Assembly (NCBI GenBank): GCA_028715175.1
Contig: JAQUSJ010000001.1
Coordinates: 340,550-404,549, forward strand
Length of the DNA: 64,000 bases
Source: Candidatus Daviesbacteria bacterium
GTDB taxonomy: Bacteria; Patescibacteriota; Microgenomatia; Daviesbacterales; UBA10151
Reading direction: 5' to 3'
This document shows positions 56,672 through 64,000 of the stretch, in pieces. Position numbers and translations under genes: made by a program. Under the pieces are notes generated by a model. That model was not told the DNA's origin, made no database searches, and saw only the letters and a program-made list of their open reading frames with translations. Position 1 is the stretch's first letter, and every line of letters starts with the position of its first letter.

Positions 56672-59360
56672 ATTTGTAGTAATAGTTTTATTACTTCTAT
56701 TATTTGTGGTTTACTGGCAATGGTTTTTACCGGGGTTAAAAGTTGCAAATGATTTTCCAATAGTTTCCGAATCTTTACTTAAATCTTCTATAAATTTTCC
56801 TTATGCCTGGTCAGAAAATGGTGCCGAAGGGTTAGGGGAGTATTCAACATTTTTTCTTTGGTCCTGGCCACTGTCATTTTTATGGGGTATTCTCGCAAAT
56901 ACTGGTTTAAGTTTCATAATCCTGGAAAGAGTTCTTTTTTTAATGCCATTTTTGCTTATAGGGTGTGTTGGAATTTGGAAATTTTGCGGAAGTATTAAAT
57001 TAACTAATGCTGCTAAATTTATTTCATCCTTTTTTTATTTAACAACTACTTATATTCTCTTAGTTATTGATGGCGGACAATTATCCATAGCGCTTGCTTA
57101 TGCCTGGTTTCCTGTAGCCTTCTTAGCAGTGGAAAAATCTATTAAGGGGGGGTTTAATAAGAAAGTTCTGGCGGGTTTGGCAATCTCAATTTTAGGATTT
57201 TTGGATTTTAGATTTATTTACGTTTTATTTTTACTAAGTTCAGCACTATTTTTTTATCAATTATTTTTAGATTTTAAAAAAAAATACTCATGGTATTTAG
57301 ATTGGATAAGTAGCGGAGTAATTATTGCCATAATAATAACGGGATTGAATATTTATTGGTTATTGCCTTTATTTAAAGCTCCAATCTCCTCCAATACTTA
57401 TGCTTTTTTTACTCAAACTTCTTTCTTAAGCTTTATAAATTTAGGTCATAGCATATTACTTCTTGCGCCTCACTGGTTTAAAAATATTTTTGGAAATATC
57501 ACAACTTTACGTCCTGAATTTATCTTTATCCCGATACTGGTATTCCTAGCACCCATTCTGCGACCTAAAAATCCGGTTGTTGGATTCTGGTTATTAATTG
57601 CTGTGTTTTCCATCTTTTTAACTAAAGGCGCTGAAGGTCCTCTACCAGGAATCTACCCTTGGCTTTTTTCACATATACCAGGTTTTTCATTATTCCGCGA
57701 TTCAACAAAGTTTTTCTTTTTAGGAGCGCTTTCGTATAGTATCTTACTAGGAATAACTACAGATGAGATTCTTAAAAAGACAATTAAATTCCCAAAATTT
57801 AAAATATTTTTTTTAATATTACTATCTAGCTATCTTATATTTCTGATAAGGCCGATTTGGCTTGGACAAACGACCGGTACATTTTCTCATCCTCTATTTC
57901 AACAGGAGTTTACAGGACTTAGTCGATTTATAGAAAGCGATAAAAGTTTCAGTCGGGTATTTTGGATTCCGTTTTTCCCCTCTTTAGGTTATTCAAGTCA
58001 AACTCATCCTAGGGTAGAAGCTGCCCGTTTGGTTCAGAAGAGATCTTTTGCTATTGGTACAAGCGGTACTTATGAAACATTTAATTTTTTAAGGGAAGCA
58101 CCATACATGGGAGAGATTTTTGATGTTGCAGGAATAGGCTATGTTTCTTATCCTTATCTTGATCCGAGGAGAGATAATGTGTACCCGGATAATATAAAAT
58201 ATTACTATACTTTTCTAGACCAGCTTTTAAAAAAATCATGGTTTTCAAAGGTTGAAAATTCAAAAGTTCCACTTCTTAAGACAAAAGAGCACCAGGATAG
58301 ATTTTTTGTTACATCAAACATCTGGTGGGTGATAGGGTCTGATAATCTCTACAACGAATCAACAAAAAGTGCCAAATTAAAACTTTCTAATAATGCTTTA
58401 ATCTTTGCTGAAGAATATCCCGGAATGGGTATAAAGCTTAACGATTTTCCTGAAGCTAAAATTGTACTAAATAGCAAGACAGATTTAGATTTAGCGGCGA
58501 GCTTCATAAAGCCTCTAAATTATATTTTTCCTGCTAAGAATTTAGATTTTGCTCCCAATAAATCCGGTTGGTGGAAAAGGGAGACAGTAGATTTAATTTC
58601 GTGGAGAAGTTTTTTGCAGGAGGAATATGGAATTGATAATCAGGATTTTGATTTAGGAGGCGGATGGGCGATAGGAGAGGGAGACAGGCAATTGACAATT
58701 GACAATTTACAATTTAAAAAAGAAAAAATACTTTTAGCTAGAGTGATGGAAAGCGCAAGAAGCGGAAAGTTGAGTTTTTATCAAAGAAATCAAAAGGTAG
58801 GAGAAGTTTCAACAAAGATTAATGGAGATGCTAATGTCAGATGGTTTGAGGTAGGTCAGTTGATACAAGATGGGGGAGAACTAGGAATAACTTCTTCTGG
58901 AGATATTAATGTAGTTAATGCATTAGCGGTTTTGGACAAAGCTGAATGGGTAAGCTATCAGGATAAAGCTGAAAAGTTGCAGGAGAGGATAGTAAATTTT
59001 GATGAAAAGAATGCGGAAGGTAATAGCGATCCCACTATTGCCTACCAGAAAATAAACCCCACAAAATACAAAGTTATTGTAAGCCATTTAACCAAGCCGT
59101 CACTGATGATATTTTCCCAAAATTATGACGGACTTTGGAAAATTAACGGAAGTCAGACTCCCCTGCCGGTGTATAGTTTGTTGAATGGATTTAGGATAGA
59201 AGGGGATGGAGAGTATATTGTGGAATTTGAAGTACAGAAATATGTTTATTTGGGCTTAATTATCACTGGAGTCACGTTAACGATCTTACTTATATTTTTG
59301 TTAAGATTGCCACGCCGTTTGCAGACTGAAGATCCTGTAAGGGCTCGTTCCTCGCAATGA
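56661..59360 (+). CDS. Giant polytopic membrane protein with large ectodomain and C-terminal TM anchor, distant member of the AftD-like family
   Basis: 899 aa. N-terminal 'FPYAWSENGAEGLGE' loop, 'FRDSTKFF' (cf. RNPFEKLG), C-terminal 'GDGEYIVEFEVQKYVYLGLIITGVTL' matching the family C-terminal motif. Confidence 0.45.
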   Translation: MKGKFVVIVLLLLLFVVYWQWFLPGLKVANDFPIVSESLLKSSINFPYAWSENGAEGLGEYSTFFLWSWPLSFLWGILANTGLSFIILERVLFLMPFLLIGCVGIWKFCGSIKLTNAAKFISSFFYLTTTYILLVIDGGQLSIALAYAWFPVAFLAVEKSIKGGFNKKVLAGLAISILGFLDFRFIYVLFLLSSALFFYQLFLDFKKKYSWYLDWISSGVIIAIIITGLNIYWLLPLFKAPISSNTYAFFTQTSFLSFINLGHSILLLAPHWFKNIFGNITTLRPEFIFIPILVFLAPILRPKNPVVGFWLLIAVFSIFLTKGAEGPLPGIYPWLFSHIPGFSLFRDSTKFFFLGALSYSILLGITTDEILKKTIKFPKFKIFFLILLSSYLIFLIRPIWLGQTTGTFSHPLFQQEFTGLSRFIESDKSFSRVFWIPFFPSLGYSSQTHPRVEAARLVQKRSFAIGTSGTYETFNFLREAPYMGEIFDVAGIGYVSYPYLDPRRDNVYPDNIKYYYTFLDQLLKKSWFSKVENSKVPLLKTKEHQDRFFVTSNIWWVIGSDNLYNESTKSAKLKLSNNALIFAEEYPGMGIKLNDFPEAKIVLNSKTDLDLAASFIKPLNYIFPAKNLDFAPNKSGWWKRETVDLISWRSFLQEEYGIDNQDFDLGGGWAIGEGDRQLTIDNLQFKKEKILLARVMESARSGKLSFYQRNQKVGEVSTKINGDANVRWFEVGQLIQDGGELGITSSGDINVVNALAVLDKAEWVSYQDKAEKLQERIVNFDEKNAEGNSDPTIAYQKINPTKYKVIVSHLTKPSLMIFSQNYDGLWKINGSQTPLPVYSLLNGFRIEGDGEYIVEFEVQKYVYLGLIITGVTLTILLIFLLRLPRRLQTEDPVRARSSQ

Positions 59361-59391
59361 CAGGTGGAATTTGGATATAATGATATGATAT

Positions 59392-60651
59392 ATGCTTAAG
59401 GTTATCCTTTCAACTGCGACGTTTAAACAATCACAAATTACGGTTATCGGCACTATTATTAACGGATGCTTAGGCGCCTTGTTTTATATAGTGCTGGCAA
59501 GGTTTTTGGGCCCTTATAGTTTTGGATTACTAACTGTTTCGGTTGCTAGCTTGACATTAATAGCCGACATCGTTGATTTTGGGACAAATACGGGTATAGT
59601 CCGGTTTGTATCATCCAGTTTAGCTTCCAACCGGGACGCAGCATTGAAATTTCTCAAGTTAAGCCTGGAAATAAAGATTGTAGTCTGGATATTGGTACTT
59701 GCCGGCGGGATCATACTTGCTCCTTTTATTGCAGATAAAATTTTTAATAAGACAGAACTTGTTATGCCGCTTAGGCTGGTTATGGTTGGGGTAGGAGGAG
59801 CCCTTCTTTTTTCCTTTGCCACCTCTTCTTTGCAAGCGTTCCAAAAATATTTAACCTGGAGTTTTGTGAATATATTTACAAATTTTCTAAGATTATTATT
59901 CATTTTATTACTAATTTTTTATCAACAACTGAATTTAACCTCAGGGCTTCTTGTTTACTTGTTATTGCCCTTTTTCGGATTTTCCTTAACGCTGTTTTTT
60001 ATTCCTGCCCGAAAAATTTTTCAAGTCAGAGGTGAGTTTGGCGTAGCTAAACAATTTTTCAAGTTTAATTTTTGGGTTGCCGCCTTTACTTTGGTTGCTG
60101 CTATCTCGTCCCGTCTGGATACTTTTCTAATTGCCCGTCTGCTTTCTCCAAAAGAACTGGGTATTTATGGCGCCGCAAACCAGCTGGTTCAAGTGGTTCC
60201 GCAAATAGTTAGTGCCTTAGGAATTGTAGCAGCCCCGAAATTTGCAAGTTTTGTTAGTATTGCACAAATGATTCAATTTTTTAAAAAGTTTCAATTGTTG
60301 GTTTTGGGGTTAGCAGTTTTGGGAAGTTTAGTAATTCTAATTTCCTACCTAATTATTCCGTTTATTTATGGAGGACAATACAAAGAGGCAGTGCTGCCCT
60401 TTATAATTCTTTTTTTAGCCATGCTGGTATTTCTAATTTCAGTGCCGGTGCACAACAGTATAATTTATTATTTTGGCAAGCCTCAGGTTTTTGTCTGGGT
60501 CAGCATTGGCCATCTGTTGATAATTGGCTTTTTAGGCTATTTGCTTGTTTCAAATTATGGTGTGGTTGGAGCTGCAGTTTCCGTGCTGGCAGGTATGATA
60601 TTTAATTTTCTGATTCCGCTCGGATGGTTCCTGATGAAAGTACGAAGATGA
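59392..60651 (+). CDS. Wzx-like flippase / polysaccharide biosynthesis protein (MOP superfamily), second copy in the window
   Basis: 419 aa, about 12 TM helices, 'LARFLGPYSFGLLTV' motif. Confidence 0.65.
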   Translation: MLKVILSTATFKQSQITVIGTIINGCLGALFYIVLARFLGPYSFGLLTVSVASLTLIADIVDFGTNTGIVRFVSSSLASNRDAALKFLKLSLEIKIVVWILVLAGGIILAPFIADKIFNKTELVMPLRLVMVGVGGALLFSFATSSLQAFQKYLTWSFVNIFTNFLRLLFILLLIFYQQLNLTSGLLVYLLLPFFGFSLTLFFIPARKIFQVRGEFGVAKQFFKFNFWVAAFTLVAAISSRLDTFLIARLLSPKELGIYGAANQLVQVVPQIVSALGIVAAPKFASFVSIAQMIQFFKKFQLLVLGLAVLGSLVILISYLIIPFIYGGQYKEAVLPFIILFLAMLVFLISVPVHNSIIYYFGKPQVFVWVSIGHLLIIGFLGYLLVSNYGVVGAAVSVLAGMIFNFLIPLGWFLMKVRR

Positions 60652-61442
60652 AAATTTATGCAAACACAATCGTTCATAACGAAGAAAATTTTATCTGGTT
60701 TGCTTTGATGAGCGTAGTAGACTATGTGGATAAAATTTTGGTTTGGGATACGGGGTCAACAGATAAAACAGTTGAAATAATTAAAGAAATTATAAAGATA
60801 AAAGGAGATAAAATTGAATTTAAGGAAGTGGGAATAGTTGATAAATATGGAATGACAAAAATGCGCCAGGCACAGCTTACGCAGTCCAATTGCGACTTCC
60901 TTTTAATTTTAGACGGGGATGAGATTTGGTGGGAAGATTCTATAAAACAAGTAATCAGAGAAATTAATACAAGAGGTGCAAAGATTGAGGGAATTGTTGT
61001 GCCGATGGTTGTACCGGTCGGCGATATTTATCATTTACAAGACGAAAAGGCAGGCCAATATAACCTTTTAGGACGTAAAGGGCATTATAATTTGAGGGTA
61101 ATAAATAGAAAAATTTCAGGATTGCATGTAGAAAAAGCTTATCCTTTAGAAGGATATTTTGATGACAATAACAAGCTGCTTCAAGAAAGGGATGAGGTAA
61201 TCTTTTTAGATGTGCCTTATCTGCATGTTACTCATCTACCAAGATCTACAAAAGTGAGAAACTATAACAAATTTAAACTAGAGATGGGTAAACTTCCCTC
61301 CAAAGATTTTAAATATCCGGAAATTTTATACGATTCATATCCGGATATTGTTTCTAATCCGTGGAAAAAATTGTCCGGGATAGAATTTGTTTTAGCTAAA
61401 GCAATAACTCCGTTAAAGAAGATTAAAAGAACTCTTATATGA
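60624..61442 (+). CDS. GT2-like glycosyltransferase (soluble)
   Basis: 'KIYANTIVHNEENFIWFAL...VWDTGSTDKT', 'LILDGDE' DxD. Confidence 0.55.
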   Translation: MVPDESTKMKIYANTIVHNEENFIWFALMSVVDYVDKILVWDTGSTDKTVEIIKEIIKIKGDKIEFKEVGIVDKYGMTKMRQAQLTQSNCDFLLILDGDEIWWEDSIKQVIREINTRGAKIEGIVVPMVVPVGDIYHLQDEKAGQYNLLGRKGHYNLRVINRKISGLHVEKAYPLEGYFDDNNKLLQERDEVIFLDVPYLHVTHLPRSTKVRNYNKFKLEMGKLPSKDFKYPEILYDSYPDIVSNPWKKLSGIEFVLAKAITPLKKIKRTLI

Positions 61443-62236
61443 ATATTAAAACTAAATTAGAAAATGAAGTTTGGAGATCAGATACATATTTTCTGCTGGC
61501 AAAAAAAGGAAGTATGGATATTAATCATCCAGGCATAAAAATTTTACAGAAATTATCATATAATGCACGGAACATATTGGATTTGGGGTGCGGTGAAGGT
61601 ACGCGATTAAATTTGTTACTGGGAAGAAGAACAAATGGAACAGGAGTGGATATCAGCCCGAAAGCTTTAGAAATGGGTAAAAAAAGCTACCCTAAAATTA
61701 AGTTCATTAAAGCTGATCTTGAAAAAATACCATTGAGAAGTGAAAGTTTTGATTTGGTATATTCAGCTTATGTTTTTGAGCATTTAACAAATCCCGCAAA
61801 AGTTTTAGATGAGGCTATACGTTTAATATCTCCAAAAGGACGTTTAGTTTTACTTTCTCCTAATTATGGAGCACCTAATCGGGCATCACCTCCCTTTAAA
61901 GGGTCAAGAATTAAGAAGTTGATTGAAGGTATATTTAATGATTTTTGGAATTTGTTTGCAGTCGGAAATTTGGTGTGGAGAAGGGTAGAGCCCATTGTAA
62001 ATAAGGATAGATATGAAATGGATTGGGATACGACAGTAGAACCATATCTAGGTAGCTTCTTGAGTTACATCAAGTCACTAAACTTAAAGATAGAACAATA
62101 TAGTTCATGCTGGTCAGAAGAATTACCTGACGCCAGGATTTACCAGAAACTTTTTAGAATATTAGGCGAGTCAGGAATTTACCCGTTTAATTTATGGGGA
62201 CCGCATTTAGTTGTAGTAGCAAAGAAGATTCTATGA
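61439..62236 (+). CDS. Class I SAM-dependent methyltransferase
   Basis: 'ILDLGCGEGTRL' motif I. Confidence 0.7.
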   Translation: MNIKTKLENEVWRSDTYFLLAKKGSMDINHPGIKILQKLSYNARNILDLGCGEGTRLNLLLGRRTNGTGVDISPKALEMGKKSYPKIKFIKADLEKIPLRSESFDLVYSAYVFEHLTNPAKVLDEAIRLISPKGRLVLLSPNYGAPNRASPPFKGSRIKKLIEGIFNDFWNLFAVGNLVWRRVEPIVNKDRYEMDWDTTVEPYLGSFLSYIKSLNLKIEQYSSCWSEELPDARIYQKLFRILGESGIYPFNLWGPHLVVVAKKIL

Positions 62237-62934
62237 AAAATTCGATAACTTATGCCGGTACAAAAACTTTGGAAACAATGAATCAGGCAAAGTTTTATAA
62301 TAAGTGGACTTTTTCTAAATTTGATAAATACCTTAAAGGGGATATTTTAGAAGTTGGCTGTGGTACCGGGAATTTTAGTTCCACTTTATCTAAATACGGA
62401 GAAGTTACCGCTATTGATATCGATCAAAGCTTGATACAAAGAGTAGGGGAAGATAAGAGCTTAAAAGTAGCTACCGGATATGGAGATATAGAAAAAGGTA
62501 ATTATTTTTTTCCAGAAAAATCTTTCGATACAGTCGTTTGTATTAATGTTTTAGAACACATTAAAGATGATGAAAGAGCCTTACAAAATATGTGCCGTCT
62601 TTTAAAAAAAGGCGGGAAATTAATTCTTTTAGTACCCATATATAATTTTTTATACGGAGAAATAGATAGAGCCATTAATCATTTCCGAAGGTATAATCCC
62701 GAGCAATTAAAAGTAAAGCTTGAGCAAATTGGATTTACTATTGAAGAAAGCAGAAAATTAAATTTTCTGGGAGCGCTTGGTTGGTTTATTGCCGGAAGAA
62801 TCTTTAAAAATAAACAGGTAGAAGATAGCAAGATTCAATTGTTTAACACCATCGCTCCTTTTTATCTTTTTATAGAGGATTTTATTGAACCTGTGATTGG
62901 AACTTCTGTTTTAATAATTGCACAAAAGCCATGA
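62233..62934 (+). CDS. Class I SAM-dependent methyltransferase
   Basis: 'ILEVGCGTGNFS'. I chose the start at ATG 62233 (ATGA overlap with the upstream stop) rather than the listed 62194. Confidence 0.7.
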   Translation: MKNSITYAGTKTLETMNQAKFYNKWTFSKFDKYLKGDILEVGCGTGNFSSTLSKYGEVTAIDIDQSLIQRVGEDKSLKVATGYGDIEKGNYFFPEKSFDTVVCINVLEHIKDDERALQNMCRLLKKGGKLILLVPIYNFLYGEIDRAINHFRRYNPEQLKVKLEQIGFTIEESRKLNFLGALGWFIAGRIFKNKQVEDSKIQLFNTIAPFYLFIEDFIEPVIGTSVLIIAQKP

Positions 62935-63635
62935 AACTTTCCATCATAGTCCCTATATATAATGAAGAAAAGACAATCCAGGAAGTTTTGCAGAGAATTG
63001 CTAATATCGATCTGGCTACCATAAAGAAAGAAATTATCATAGTAGATGATGGGTCGACGGATAGTTCGAAGTTTAAAGTGCAAAGTTCAAAATTATTTAA
63101 AAAAATAAAATTTATAGCCCATCAAAAAAATTTAGGCAAGGGTGCAGCGATCAGAACCGGAATAGCGCATTCGACCGGTGATCTGGTAATTATTCAGGAT
63201 GCTGATTTAGAGTATGATCCGAGTTACTATATGCCACTTTTACGACCGATTATGCAAAATAAAGCCAGTGTGGTGTATGGGACACGACTACTTACTTATC
63301 CCCTGAGACTTTGGGGTAAAAATAAAACGGTTTTGCCCGTACACTTAATTGCAAATAAATTTTTGACATTATTAACTAATATTCTTTATCGGAGTAGACT
63401 GACTGATATGGAAACAGGCTATAAGGTGTTTAAGAGCGAAGTACTAAAAAGCATAAATATAGATTCTAATAGATTTGATTTTGAAGCAGAAATAACTGTG
63501 AAACTGCTAAAAAAGAAAGTTCCTATTACAGAGGTACCAATATCTGTTAAACCAAGAACATACAAGGAAGGTAAAAAAATCGGTTTAATTGATGGCTTTA
63601 TTGCCATATGGACATTAATAAAATATAGATTTTAA
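62931..63635 (+). CDS. Glycosyltransferase family 2
   Basis: 'LSIIVPIYNEEKTIQEVL...IVDDGSTDSS', 'QDADLEYDP'. Confidence 0.75.
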   Translation: MKLSIIVPIYNEEKTIQEVLQRIANIDLATIKKEIIIVDDGSTDSSKFKVQSSKLFKKIKFIAHQKNLGKGAAIRTGIAHSTGDLVIIQDADLEYDPSYYMPLLRPIMQNKASVVYGTRLLTYPLRLWGKNKTVLPVHLIANKFLTLLTNILYRSRLTDMETGYKVFKSEVLKSINIDSNRFDFEAEITVKLLKKKVPITEVPISVKPRTYKEGKKIGLIDGFIAIWTLIKYRF

Positions 63636-63636
63636 A

Positions 63637-64000
63637 ATGAAAATTGTATTTTTAAGTAGGTTACAAAATAAAGTCAGTCGGGGTGCAGAGAATTTTGTAT
63701 TGGAATTGTCGAAAAGACTTTCTAAAAACTATCAGGTGGACATATTGTCCGGTAATGATGCGGATAATATATTGAAAGTTATAAAAGGGGGTTATGATAT
63801 TGCGATTCCTATTAACGGTAGATTACAAAGTTTAAAGACTTCTCTAGGTAGAATAACAGGTAAATACAAACTATTGATTACCGGGCATAGCGGTATTGGC
63901 AGGGATGATATCTGGAATATCGCAGTTGCCAGACCTGATGTATTTGTGGCGCTAACTGATTTTATGGCCAAATGGGCCAAGCAATGGGCCTGGGCAAGTA
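63637..64000 (+). CDS. GT4-type glycosyltransferase, N-terminal part (3' partial, runs off window end)
   Basis: Open frame from ATG 63637 to the window end: 'MKIVFLSRLQNKVSRGAENFVLELSKRL...', which is typical of a Glyco_trans_4 N-terminal domain. Confidence 0.55.
   Translation, partial: MKIVFLSRLQNKVSRGAENFVLELSKRLSKNYQVDILSGNDADNILKVIKGGYDIAIPINGRLQSLKTSLGRITGKYKLLITGHSGIGRDDIWNIAVARPDVFVALTDFMAKWAKQWAWAS

Noticed and set aside
1-64000. CRISPR arrays, tRNA/rRNA genes, prophage or defense-system genes
   Set aside because: Intergenic spaces are short (mostly under 100 bp) and contain no regularly spaced repeats or tRNA-like conserved stems. Every sizeable ORF has a glycan-biosynthesis-type signature. 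No nuclease, helicase or transposase motifs were recognised.
1-64000. Alternative genetic code (UGA recoding)
   Set aside because: Genes are long and intact under the standard code and show conserved motifs in frame. There is no pattern of in-frame TGA interruptions.

Overview
The window reads as a low-GC (roughly one-third G+C), tightly packed glycan-biosynthesis island; I saw no tRNA, rRNA, CRISPR array, transposase or integrase. About 53 genes are mostly on the + strand, and many overlap by 4 bp (ATGA), which fits long operons. Calls from protein motifs: two Wzx-type flippases, one at each end (818..2092 and 59392..60651); about 10 GT2 glycosyltransferases, several with C-terminal membrane anchors like GtrB/DPM1 polyprenol-phosphate sugar synthases; 4 GT4 glycosyltransferases; and about 12 polytopic membrane proteins that look like GT-C-fold glycosyltransferases. 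The GT-C candidates fall into at least three families: AftD/DUF3367-like giants, ArnT/PMT-like proteins with DEA motifs, and a 'YGDDW' family with a conserved C-terminal motif. The locus also has 10 SAM-dependent methyltransferases (one a TylCIII-type sugar C-methyltransferase, one fused to a GT2) and a set of nucleotide-sugar tailoring enzymes: a plant-type GDP-mannose 3,5-epimerase, RmlD-like and other SDR epimerases/reductases, a DegT/DnrJ aminotransferase, a NodU/CmcH O-carbamoyltransferase, AsnB amidotransferase, UDP-GlcNAc 2-epimerase, and a split, frameshifted, minimal transketolase-like TPP enzyme. The strongest structural signal is a perfect 1581-bp direct repeat (45755..47335 and 49639..51219). 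It makes the N-terminal membrane domains of two adjacent AftD-like giant genes identical, while their extracytoplasmic C-terminal domains are strongly diverged. My overall reading is a very large, previously undescribed cell-surface glycopolymer or protein-glycosylation system. It would be built on the outer face of the membrane from lipid-linked sugars and produce a heavily methylated, branched or modified glycan, with signs of paralog expansion, gene conversion and decay.
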